A stretch of DNA of 64,000 bases, from positions 96,001 through 160,000 of the IMG/VR virus record IMGVR_UViG_2751185671_000004. The stretch is one strand, 5' to 3'. The stretch is from a virus. Its lineage: Duplodnaviria > Caudoviricetes. This document shows positions 10,441 through 19,813 of this stretch, piece by piece. The notes beneath the pieces were generated by a model, which was not told the DNA's origin, ran no database searches, and saw only the letters and a list, made by a program, of their open reading frames with translations. Within the stretch, counting starts at the first letter, position 1. Every line of letters begins with the position of its first letter. The translations under genes were made by a program, and so were the position numbers.

Positions 10441-10750
10441 GCTATTATATCAAATGAAGCTAATAGGTCATAGTTTGGTTTCTTGTTTGCGAGCAAAGTA
10501 GAGTTTCTTGATATTAGCATTCAAAACTAGTCTGATGTCTAATTAAGATTTAGTAGACTCACAGAGTGATAGTATGAAAGGCAATTAGCGGCTTACGTTT
10601 GCCAATCGAGGCTGTTTAGGTGTATTGTTGTGTTGCAACTCCTTGAGCCTGTTAGAGTTTTATCTACAACATTGATCGGAAGGCCGTTGTGTATAACTGG
10701 AAATTCCCACTGGGGTAGTTTTACGCACCCTTATAATTCGGAGAGATAGG

Positions 10751-11032
10751 ATGAATTCTGAGAAATACAATAGAAGTATTAGGTTACTATGCCCAACATG
10801 CGGGTGTTCTGATTTTTCGTATGATGAGGGCGCGGATGAAACTATTCAGATTATGACCTGTGCCTTATGTGAAAGAGAATTAAACAAAGACGAGCTAATT
10901 CAAGAGAATAGCGAAAATATTGATGAGCACCTCTCTGAAATTAAGAAAGAGGTTACGGAAGGTATTGCTGATGAACTTCGCAAATCCCTCAAAAAAGCAT
11001 TTTCAGGTAGTAAAAATATTAGGATCAAATAA
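10751..11032 (+). CDS. Small zinc-binding protein (ECs_2282-like)
   Basis: LLCPTCG...TCALC...DELIQEN. Confidence 0.65.
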   Translation: MNSEKYNRSIRLLCPTCGCSDFSYDEGADETIQIMTCALCERELNKDELIQENSENIDEHLSEIKKEVTEGIADELRKSLKKAFSGSKNIRIK

Positions 11033-11505
11033 TGCCAGTAACTATTGATGCAGGTGATATTATCGCTGGTTTGGCATTTCTCCTATCAGGCTATGCAACT
11101 TGGCAAACTGTTAGTTTTAACAAGAAGCAAAAATCTCTTGTTGAAAGCCAAGAGAAGTTAAACAATCTTCTATTAGAGAAGGGAAATGAGGACTCATTAA
11201 ATGAAAAAAGAGCCGATCTTGGAGCATCTTTCATTAAACTGGGCAGCAATAAATATCGGCTTAAAATTTGGAATAAAGGGGCTTCAACTGCTAGAAACGT
11301 AAAAATAGATTTTCCAGAGGGGAACGATGTAATAATTGATTCTGAAGTCACTGATAAATTTCCAATGGAAAGTTTAGAGAGACATCAGTCGGTCGAATTG
11401 ATAGCTGCGGTTCACATGCTGACCAAATCTAAGCATGTAATTCGGCTTATTTGGGAAGATGACGCTCAATCTCACAATGAAAAGCTGTCCTATCCAACAC
11501 TGTAA
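11032..11505 (+). CDS. Hypothetical protein with N-terminal TM and coiled coil
   Basis: TAATG coupling; IIAGLAFLLSGYATW. Confidence 0.65.
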   Translation: MPVTIDAGDIIAGLAFLLSGYATWQTVSFNKKQKSLVESQEKLNNLLLEKGNEDSLNEKRADLGASFIKLGSNKYRLKIWNKGASTARNVKIDFPEGNDVIIDSEVTDKFPMESLERHQSVELIAAVHMLTKSKHVIRLIWEDDAQSHNEKLSYPTL

Positions 11506-11507
11506 AC

Positions 11508-11579
11508 ATGTAACAAGCTCATGCTAACGGACTGGTTTTCCGCTGTTCTCCAAATCAGTCGTAAATACGAGCGCTATAT
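11508..11579 (+). repeat. attC-like site
   Basis: ATGTAAC 2 bp after stop; arms GACTGGTTT/AAATCAGTC; ends GCTATAT (degenerate core). Confidence 0.5.
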
Positions 11580-12042
11580 AGAATGACCTCATTGTAAATA
11601 CTATACGTCATAGCTTGTTTTTTGTGCGACAGTGATGTGGAAAATGTGCACATTCGTTATCTCTACTAAGCTTGCTTTTGTGACAAAAAACTCTAGACGT
11701 CAGTCACGCGTCCAATATTTATGTATTGGACACTTACAACTATTCACAGAACCATTGCAAAAAAAGATGACAACTATCCGTGAGAGCAAACAGCTTAGGG
11801 AGCTTTTGATTGACACCAAAAGCATTACTTTGTCAGCATCACTTTATTTATATGATTGTTTTGCCTTTTATATATAGTCGGTATTCAAAACCAATCTGGC
11901 GCAGGATAGAATTTAAGTAAATGTAGGTATAGTCGTGCAGCTTCTTCGAGACGATCAGGGGCTAGGTGCTCTTATCTTATTGTTTGGTTGTTCGAGTATT
12001 CGTTTTAACTTTCAGTTTCCGCAGCAACGCTTTGTTAAGTAC

Positions 12043-12648
12043 CTACTTACCGTCGTCCCACGAATTCAAAAAATCAGCAAGAATATCGCCGTGGCAAGCT
12101 TCTGGTTTACAAAAACACCCCAGACGCTTTCCTGCTAATTTATACACTTCAGATTTTTCTTTGTTAGGAAATTTTTCATAGTCAAAATCGTATTTATATT
12201 TACGTATGACCTCGTTTCGATCATCTCCTTCACTATACATTGAGTAAGGGTTTCCCCAGTAAGAACCTCTTCCAATGTACTCATAATTCGGCGTACTCTT
12301 CTCTTTTTGGTATTCTGGCTCAGTTTTTATATTTACAACTCGTGTTATAGCAATACTAATAACTCTTAGCGGCTTACCGCTATCCTTTATTTTTTTTATT
12401 TCTTCTCCGAACTCTTCACCATCATCAAAAATAATTGCATGAGTTATATCGTCAGTTGTCCAATTAATTAATTTTATGCTCTTCAATTTTCCTGGGTTTT
12501 CATCACACAATCTCTGTATAAAATCACACGGATCGTTTGGATAAGTTAAAACAACATCTTTGAGACTTGAAGATATTTTCTCTACTTTTCTAGAAAACTT
12601 TGAGTAGCAATTAAATAGTTTTGGATAAAGAATTAATACTGTCGCCAT
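12043..12648 (-). CDS. DUF4326 domain protein with N-terminal SLOG/YspA-like region
   Basis: YIGRGSYWGNPY...LAGKRLGCFCKPEACHGDIL; N-terminal ITHAIIFDDG...GKPLRVI. Confidence 0.8.
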   Translation of the reverse strand: MATVLILYPKLFNCYSKFSRKVEKISSSLKDVVLTYPNDPCDFIQRLCDENPGKLKSIKLINWTTDDITHAIIFDDGEEFGEEIKKIKDSGKPLRVISIAITRVVNIKTEPEYQKEKSTPNYEYIGRGSYWGNPYSMYSEGDDRNEVIRKYKYDFDYEKFPNKEKSEVYKLAGKRLGCFCKPEACHGDILADFLNSWDDGK

Positions 12649-13100
12649 TAATACAAATGCTTCACTTTTAGATCTAATTCAGAATTCTCATTAAGGTACT
12701 CAACAACAAGCCTCCTATGACATAAATGCGGTTCATGCTCACTACACAATAAGCAACCTTGATCTAGCAATGCAGGCTTTACTGACCTTTCTATATTTCT
12801 TTGCCCCATAAGATTTAGAAATTTATCTTCATACTCTTCCCAGGGTATTTCACCTTTTTTATAAGCATTCAAGATGTCTTTTGTTGGAGCAAGCTCTGGA
12901 ACATGCACGTAATCCGTATTACAAAGCTCTTTTAAGAAAAATCTAAGGTCATCTCTCTTTGCAAAACCGGCAAGTTGAGAAATATTGTTTAATCGCACAT
13001 CCAAAAGTGTACTTATTTCTGATGTGCGAATGAGGTTAAAGAATGTTTCTGCGTTCTTTTTAGTAAAACCAATCGTGTATATATCTATTTCATTAGCCAT
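12648..13100 (-). CDS. DUF488 family protein
   Basis: IYTIGF, LLDVRL, LAPT and CLLCSEHEPHLCHRRLV motifs. Confidence 0.85.
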   Translation of the reverse strand: MANEIDIYTIGFTKKNAETFFNLIRTSEISTLLDVRLNNISQLAGFAKRDDLRFFLKELCNTDYVHVPELAPTKDILNAYKKGEIPWEEYEDKFLNLMGQRNIERSVKPALLDQGCLLCSEHEPHLCHRRLVVEYLNENSELDLKVKHLY

Positions 13101-13800
13101 AGCTTCTTATCTCATCGTGAAACCTTGGAAATGTATAGATTCCGTTAACCTGCAACCAGTATCCATTCCTCTCTCCAATAGCCCAGACTCTACTTAATCC
13201 CACTCTTAGATAGACTGAATCCTGTTTATTTATTAAATCAGTGACCTCGTGTAGCCTATCATCATTTTGGTGCTTTTTCGCATAGTCATGAAATCCCCTA
13301 TCAGTGATTGAAAGATAGTTGTACTTATGTCCACTATCATCTGTGAAAGAAGCTTTAATTTTTCCTGGTTTAAACTGGTCTTCATGAATGCTTAACTGAC
13401 GTGGCAAGACCTTAATCGTGATTATTGAACAATTTGCCTCTTGACCGTAGGGAATATGTTTCTGATTAGAATCAAAATCAATACCAAAACCTTGTGACAC
13501 AGAATCACTCGATGAGTTTTCTAGTATTTGAAGGAACTGCTCACCATTGCATGCACCATAAAATTTTAGGTCGGAATAACTAGCATCCTCAACATGAGGA
13601 TTATCTCTATTTTGCTGCAAAGAAATATTCCCTTTCAAGATTGCACCAGGATGAATACCTAATTCCTCACATTTAGTGCTTTTTAAATAAGGCATTGGCC
13701 GGAAACATTCGCCTGTCTTCACATCAATTACGGCTGTACAGACATTATCACCGGTAGAAAACCTTGTTAAGTCTGTGATTATTACTTCTCTCATTCTCAC
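13093..13800 (-). CDS. Dual OB-fold domain protein
   Basis: VCTAVID..TGECFRP, LSITD and LRVGLSR motifs; first gene of a coupled trio. Confidence 0.6.
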   Translation of the reverse strand: MRMREVIITDLTRFSTGDNVCTAVIDVKTGECFRPMPYLKSTKCEELGIHPGAILKGNISLQQNRDNPHVEDASYSDLKFYGACNGEQFLQILENSSSDSVSQGFGIDFDSNQKHIPYGQEANCSIITIKVLPRQLSIHEDQFKPGKIKASFTDDSGHKYNYLSITDRGFHDYAKKHQNDDRLHEVTDLINKQDSVYLRVGLSRVWAIGERNGYWLQVNGIYTFPRFHDEIRSYG

Positions 13801-14247
13801 TCCTTAAGCTTAATTTTTTGTACTCTAGTTTTCAATTTTGATGCACAAGCTACCAGAGAAAAACCCAAAACAAATAATATAAACATTATTATTATTAGAT
13901 TTCAAAGTCGCAACTTACTCATAGCAGATATTAGGTATTAGGCAAAATTTTGAGTATGTAGCATGTTTTATTGATTATTTCGGCCTGTCAATTAAAAATA
14001 ACTCATCACAAAATCAAGGACTTTTATATGCATAGAAATACTTTCCTAATCTGATAAGCGACTATAACAGGCAAGTTAAGCATATATAATTCTTCGTGAA
14101 TGTCTAGGTTAACTGACGTCAAAAGGCTTAATTCGATATAGAACTAAAAACTACAAGCAGATGCACCACATTGATGCATAACAACTTTACCAATTCTTAC
14201 AAGGACTTACCACTAAGCCTAAATACATCACAGAAAGGGTTTGAACC

Positions 14248-14304
14248 GAGTTCCCTCCCCTCCACCAATAGATAAAAGCCAACCCCTATCAGGTTGGCTT
14301 TTTT
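14248..14304 (+). other. tRNA/tmRNA 3'-end-like att remnant followed by intrinsic terminator
   Basis: GAGTTCCCTCCCCTCCACCA (ends 14267), then AAAAGCCAACC-CCTATCA-GGTTGGCTTTTTT. Confidence 0.4.
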
Positions 14305-14474
14305 ATGCCTGCCCCCCGCGCTACAGCCCAGTAACGGCAAGGGTTTGCGGACTTCGGCTATTTTTTAATCCCGGACTTCATAGCATCAAATTCTCTCTTC
14401 TCCCCTATATTCTCTCTCACTATGCCACGCACCACTTTCGAAGTCCGTCGATGACGAAAAATTATTTCCTTATA

Positions 14475-14487
14475 AATCAATAACTTA
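14475..14487 (+). promoter_or_regulatory. IHF consensus site near the island end
   Basis: AATCAATAACTTA = WATCAANNNNTTR. Confidence 0.4.
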
Positions 14488-14862
14488 GCGACGGAATTTT
14501 ATGATGGTTTTTTGAGGGCAATGGCTACCCAAAAAGAAATACGCAAACCTTACTCAGAACGGAGAAAACCAGAGGGGTTTATAGTTAGCTAAACCAAAGA
14601 GGTAATTAACTGTACTAATAAAAACCAAATACAGCCCATAGATATAAGGAATAAAATCAATATATTAAGAGTATTTTTCAATCTTATTTTGTACTAGAAG
14701 AGAGATATCAGGCATAGGTTTATCATTCATTCATTTATTGCTAGGTATGGAAGTAGCAACAAACCTATATTAAGTATATTTCCACTCAAGAGAAAAGACT
14801 AAATATCAACCATAGGAATTGCTCAGTGGACAACAATGTGGCCACTAATCAGCAACCCTATT

Positions 14863-14890
14863 ATTTTAAGCTGCCTATACGGCAGTAAAC
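14863..14890 (-). CRISPR. Solitary type I-F CRISPR repeat (3 mismatches)
   Basis: Minus strand GTTTACTGCCGTATAGGCAGCTTAAAAT; CTGCC-GTATA-GGCAG hairpin intact. Confidence 0.75.
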
Positions 14891-14962
14891 ATACTGGAAG
14901 CGCTAGTCTGCCTACCTGAGCGTACATGGAAAACCTATTATCAACACATCCAAAGGCCAGCC

Positions 14963-15448
14963 ATGTCGATAGCAGAAACGCCCCCTTCTACACTAACGCA
15001 GATCATGCAGCTTGAAAACATGGCAATGAAAGAACTGTTAGTCATATGGCAGGAATTCAACCAAACATCACCCCCAGTGCGAGCAAGAAGTTATATTGAG
15101 CGGCGTCTGCCTTACGCATTATAAGTTAACTCGTTAAGTGCTGATGATAAGAAAATTATTAAAAGAAATACACAACGTATTAAAGAGATTAGCCAAACAT
15201 ACGCAATCAATAAAAGTAAAAATAAACAAAACACTTATATTCCAGTACCGGGCACCATTTTGAAACGACTTTATAACGATGTGGAATACGAGGTGATTGT
15301 GCGATCAGATGAACAGTTTGAATTTCAAAAACGCCCTTACAAAAGTTTATCCAAAATTGCGAAAGAGATTACCGGTACACATTGGTCTGGGCCTGCATTT
15401 TTTGGCTCTCGACAATCTAAGAAAATAGTGAAAAAATCATCAACATAA
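14963..15448 (+). pseudogene. DUF2924 protein pseudogene
   Basis: MSIAETPPS...YIERRLPYAL*; in-frame TAA at 15122; continues YKSLSKIAKEITGTHWSGPAFFG. Confidence 0.75.
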
Positions 15449-15460
15449 AAATAATATTAA

Positions 15461-15598
15461 ATGCTAAAATATTTTGGTATCAAGGTTACACAAAAAGGTG
15501 TAGTCACAAAGACTTTACCTATAGTAGGAGGCCTTATTGGAGGTGGCTGGAACTATATTGAAGTTAGTGTAATAAAAAAGAACAATTTCATCTTTTGA
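15461..15598 (+). pseudogene. C-terminal fragment of an EcsC-like cassette gene
   Basis: LKYFGIKVTQKGVVTKTLPIVGGLIGGGWN directly before the attC-like site. Confidence 0.4.
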
Positions 15599-15608
15599 AG
15601 CAAACTAA

Positions 15609-15674
15609 GCATAACAAGTTGCTGATAGATACAAGACTACTGTGCTTCAGTTTTTTCAAAACAAGGCGTTATAT
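15609..15674 (+). repeat. attC-like site
   Basis: GCATAACAAGTTGCT...ACAAGGCGTTATAT with inverse core and core intact. Confidence 0.55.
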
Positions 15675-15954
15675 CGAATGATCGCACTGTAGATACTAAT
15701 GTGTCATAGCTTCTTTTTTTGTGCGGCGGAAAACTGAAAGAAGCACACGCTCGTTATCGTTGACTAAATATCTGCTTGTGATAAAAAGTTCTAAACGCCA
15801 ATCATACTTCCAATACTGACCAGTACTTGACTTAATGAAGGATATTAATTCACAAAAATAAACTGCAGTGAATAGTTAAGTGTGTGTCCACAATAGTTTA
15901 GCACAGTGAAAATTATCCTTCATACCCAGACACACGCTTAGACCAATTTTCGAC

Positions 15955-16728
15955 GGTTTTGTCGCATACCGGACTTTTGAAATTTTACCCTTTATACTGC
16001 CGGTTCATATTTAGCCACTAGTCTAAGTAGCCAATGATCATTTTGCAAAGTGTTCGCTGGTACTGCGCTTATGCACTCGGTTACCGAAATATTGATGAGA
16101 TAATGGCTGATCGCGGAACTGACGTTGACCACAGTACTTTGAATTGTTGGGTAATATTCTACGCGCCGAAATTAGAAAAGCTTTTCAAAAAAAGAAGCGT
16201 CTACCCGGGAATAAATGGCGGCTTGATGAGACGTATCTCAGAGTTAAAGGCCAGTGGAAATATTATTGTGCCGTTGGTAAACATGGTAATGCCGTTGACT
16301 TTTTACTGACCGCCAAGCGTGATAAGAAGGCGGCTCAACACTTTTTCGCAAAAACGGTTAAACACAATGGAAAGCCCTGCTTATTAAATATTGATAAAAG
16401 CGGCGCCAATAAATCAAACATAAGACAATTCAGCCAAGGTAACAATGAGCGTGTTAAAATCTGTCAGTGTAAATATTTAAACGATGTCATTGAGCAGGAT
16501 CATCGGCGAATTACAAGACTCTCCCGCTCAATGCTTGGCTTTAAGAATTTTCATTGTACACAAAAAACATTGGCAGAAATTGAAGTTGCGGTAATGATCA
16601 AAAAAGGGCAAATGAAGAAAACTATTGCTAACGGTCTGTAATGCACTAAACAATTCTATGCTTTGGCTGTGTAAGCCGCAAATCCCCTTTTAACTTTTGA
16701 CGCCGAATTAATTAGTTGCGACGAAAAT
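15955..16728 (+). mobile_element. IS6 family element, frameshifted transposase
   Basis: Left end GGTTTTGTCGCA; VRWY..YAL.YRNI, WRLDETY and IEQDHRRI motifs split over 16034-16309 and 16144-16641; right end TGCGACGAAA. Confidence 0.85.
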
Positions 16729-16799
16729 TTTTAAAAACACCCAATCAAATAATGTTTGGGATCAAACCAATAATTGCACTAGCGAGTTGAATCTACATT

Positions 16800-18248
16800 A
16801 TGAAAGACAATATATTTAGAAACAAAAATAAATGGTTTTACCTTTTCTTAATGATGTGTATTACCTTCTTTAGCCTTCAGTCTCATGCGGGGAGTAAAAA
16901 GTTACGGTTTGGTTCACCTGAATCCGCAGGAATGGATTCAGAAAAAATTAAGCAGGTTGCTCAGAACCTGCAAGTTCTTGTCGATGAAGAACGTTTGGCG
17001 GGTATGGTAACCATCGCTGCGCGTCATGGCAAAATAGTTCATTACGAAACCATGGGCTATCAGGATATTGCGACAAAAACACCTATGGAAAAGGACACCA
17101 TCTTTAGAGTGTACTCTATGTCTAAACCGATAACCGGTGTCGCGATGATGATGTTGTTTGAGGAAAAAAAGTTTCGTCTTTCAGATCCTGTCGAAAAATA
17201 CATTCCTGAATTTGCTGATATGCAAGTTTATGTGGGTTTGGATGATGACGGTAATATGATCACTGAACCTGCTAATAGCAGCATAACCATTCGTCAGTTG
17301 ATGAATCACACTGCTGGTTTTGGATATGGCACAATGATGGGCAACCATCCTGTTCATGTTATGTTATCAGAGGCAAATAATTTTGATGCTGACTCCAGCT
17401 TACAAGACATGATCACTAAAATGTCTACCGTCCCTCTTTTATTTCAGCCCGGTACAAATTTCTCTTATAGCGCATCAGTAGATATTCAGGGTTATCTTGT
17501 AGAAAAATTGTCTGGTCAGCGTTTTGGTGAATTTTTGCAAGAACGAATCTTCGAGCCACTGGAAATGAATGATACCGCTTTCTATGTTCCAGTAGAAAAA
17601 CATGATCGCCTTGCAGAGGTTTATCATTATGACATCAACAGTAAGCTGGTAGAACAAGAGTTATACGGCAATGTTATTCGTTTTAAAGAAGAGCAAATGC
17701 TGGAAGCCGGTGGTTGGGGCCTGGTTTCAACCGCGATGGATTATTTAAGATTTTCACAAATGTTACTCAACGGCGGTAAATTAGATGGCGTAAGACTTTT
17801 AAAACCAAAGACTGTAAGGATGATGCGTACAAATCAGCTCCCGGAGCATCTGGTTAATAATTTGGATCCATTGCTTGGTGGGCAGCCTGGAGCAAGTTTT
17901 GGGCTTAATTTTGGCATTGTTGAAGATCCTGAAGGTAACCCGGTTGGTGGCTATTCTAAAGGGGAATACTATTGGGGTGGAGCTGCCGGAACCTGGTTCT
18001 GGATTGACCCAGTTGAAGACTTGGTTTTCGTTGGTATGGTTCAACAGTTTGCCGGTCAGCCCCAAATTCCTGATGTTAGAATGATATCGAAACACGCGTT
18101 CTATCAGGCAATTACAGACAGTGAGTCTGATGACGACGATACAGACAGTGAGTCTGATGACGACGATACAGACAGCGAGTCTGATGACGACGATACAGAC
18201 AGCGAGTCTGATGACGACGATACAGACAGCGAGTCTGATGACGACTAG
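16800..18248 (+). CDS. Secreted serine hydrolase (beta-lactamase/esterase family) with acidic repeat tail
   Basis: Signal peptide; SxxK (YSMSKP), LMNHTAG, FSYS, WGGAAGT. Confidence 0.85.
   Translation: MKDNIFRNKNKWFYLFLMMCITFFSLQSHAGSKKLRFGSPESAGMDSEKIKQVAQNLQVLVDEERLAGMVTIAARHGKIVHYETMGYQDIATKTPMEKDTIFRVYSMSKPITGVAMMMLFEEKKFRLSDPVEKYIPEFADMQVYVGLDDDGNMITEPANSSITIRQLMNHTAGFGYGTMMGNHPVHVMLSEANNFDADSSLQDMITKMSTVPLLFQPGTNFSYSASVDIQGYLVEKLSGQRFGEFLQERIFEPLEMNDTAFYVPVEKHDRLAEVYHYDINSKLVEQELYGNVIRFKEEQMLEAGGWGLVSTAMDYLRFSQMLLNGGKLDGVRLLKPKTVRMMRTNQLPEHLVNNLDPLLGGQPGASFGLNFGIVEDPEGNPVGGYSKGEYYWGGAAGTWFWIDPVEDLVFVGMVQQFAGQPQIPDVRMISKHAFYQAITDSESDDDDTDSESDDDDTDSESDDDDTDSESDDDDTDSESDDD
18114..18248 (+). 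repeat. 27-bp tandem repeat x5 encoding TDSESDDDD
   Basis: ACAGACAGYGAGTCTGATGACGACGAT; last unit ends in TAG. Confidence 0.95.
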
Positions 18249-18270
18249 ATAGAGGACTACCGGGTTTTGT

Positions 18271-18695
18271 GGTTTTGTCACATACCGGACTTTTGAAATT
18301 CTACTCATTGTACTAGCGGCTCGTATTTAGCCGCTAGACTAAGTAACCAATGATCAGTTTTAAATCTCGCCACTATCCCCAAGAAATCATTCTGCAATGT
18401 TTTCGCTGGTACTTTGCCTATGCACTGAGCTATAGAAATATTGAAGAAATGATGGCGGAGCGAGGCATTGATGTTGACCACAGCACCTTAAATCCTTGGG
18501 TTATATTCTACGCGACGAAAATTAGAAAAGTCCTTTCAACAAAAGAAGTGTTTACCCAGAAAGAGATGGCGGCTTGATGAGACTTATCTCAAACTTAAAG
18601 GCCAGTGGAAATATTATTATCGTGCCGTTAATAAAAGCGGCGCCAATAAATCAGACATAAAACAATTCAACCAAGACAACAGTAATCGTGTTATG
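18271..18695 (+). mobile_element. Second, truncated and internally deleted IS6 copy
   Basis: Left end GGTTTTGTCACATACCGGACTTTTGAAATT nearly identical to 15955; MISFKSRHYPQEIILQ..RWY; frameshifted. Confidence 0.8.
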
Positions 18696-19001
18696 AACTA
18701 CCTTTAACTCACTAGACGTTTTTTAGGCGAGAATAATACGTTTGTTCATACTGATTTGACGGCATGTTATCACAGTAACTGTGATGACGTGTGGCGTTGT
18801 AACACCATTTGCAGTAAGACAACCACAGTCCTATATAGACTACCAATCAAAGCCACCTTCTATGAAAGTGGCTTTTTACTTTTTTCCTGTGCTTAACAAC
18901 CGAGTAGTGTCGATAGCTTTTAACAAGATGGCCAGTTTAAGTGTACTACCATCATTGTTCTATATATCGTCCAGTATTTGCAAGTTAAAAAGTATTGACT
19001 T

Positions 19002-19310
19002 CTAGCGTTGAGGGCGTTGTATGATGTTAAGGATCTCTCGATCACTAGGACGTAGTTGTTCTCTAGTTCTTCTTCGAACAGATGATCTTGTAGTTGGTGT
19101 ATTTGCCTCAGGATGAGAATTTTGTATCAGACTTTCGATGGCATTTTGACTAGGGCGCGACTGTGTTTCGTGAGTTCGTCTACGAACACTATAATTCAGC
19201 AATGGTTCCCTAGCGGTAGTTCTTCTATGACGATTTGTATTTGTATTTGTATTTGTATTTGTTTGACTTACGGGTCGATGTGAACTACGTGATGATCTGT
19301 TTACTGGCAT
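19002..19310 (-). CDS. Small Arg/Ser-rich effector-like protein with TN hexamer repeat
   Basis: AGGAG RBS, upstream hrp-box-like motif, (TTTGTA)n at about 19233-19262. Confidence 0.55.
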   Translation of the reverse strand: MPVNRSSRSSHRPVSQTNTNTNTNTNRHRRTTAREPLLNYSVRRRTHETQSRPSQNAIESLIQNSHPEANTPTTRSSVRRRTREQLRPSDREILNIIQRPQR

Positions 19311-19345
19311 TAAAACTCCTATTTTATAATATTAATGTCGATCTG

Positions 19346-19372
19346 TAAGTATGCTATTAGCGGAAAAAGTTC
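19346..19372 (-). promoter_or_regulatory. hrp-box-like ECF promoter
   Basis: GAACTT-N15-TACTTA, 36 bp before ATG 19310. Confidence 0.55.
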
Positions 19373-19752
19373 TTAAAATCGACATCATATTATTTGGGAT
19401 AAGGTAAATATACCAACCAACTTAATTTATAGCGGCAGAAAATAATGCACCCGCGCCTATAAAATCAGCTCTCGATAAAAGTTAATATTGTAGAAGTAAT
19501 AGATTAACTCTAGTTAATGTGAGCTTTGTATCAATATCATCTACTATTTTTTTTGTTAAATCGTGCTATTTTCAGTGTGTTGTATTTGTCAAACATACGA
19601 AACTCCAAAATCAGTAAAAAAGTGTGAGTTATAATCGAAAAACAAACCAAAATAGACTCTAGCTAATATATTTTTAGAAAAAATTTGGAGCATTGAAATA
19701 GGCTTATTACTATTAGCACGTCATTTACTGTAATTTATATTGAAATATTCTC

Positions 19753-19779
19753 AAACTTTTAGCTGAGTATAATTACTCA
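19753..19779 (+). promoter_or_regulatory. hrp-box-like ECF promoter
   Basis: AAACTT-N15-TACTCA, 35 bp before ATG 19814. Confidence 0.45.
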
Positions 19780-19813
19780 TCATATAATTTAAAAAAATAA
19801 GAGAAAAGTATTT

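Larger units (their letters stand above)
1..14500. mobile_element. Distal part of an integrative island (serine recombinase, defence-like cargo, att-like end)
   Basis: Recombinase module at left, heterogeneous cargo, ...CTCCACCA + terminator + IHF consensus at 14.25-14.49 kb; boundaries approximate. Confidence 0.5.

Noticed and set aside
18114-18248. 27-bp repeats as a CRISPR
   Set aside because: Head-to-tail without spacers and in-frame coding.
16800-18248. Clinical beta-lactamase resistance gene
   Set aside because: Motifs fit the broad serine hydrolase/esterase family; activity cannot be inferred.
17799-18308. Minus-strand 169-aa ORF with VVIRLAVCI repeats
   Set aside because: Antisense shadow of the 27-bp repeat in the hydrolase gene.
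18822-18877. tRNA 3'-end remnant (AGTCCTATATAGACTACCA) before a terminator
   Set aside because: No T-loop or cloverleaf; only the hairpin is supported.
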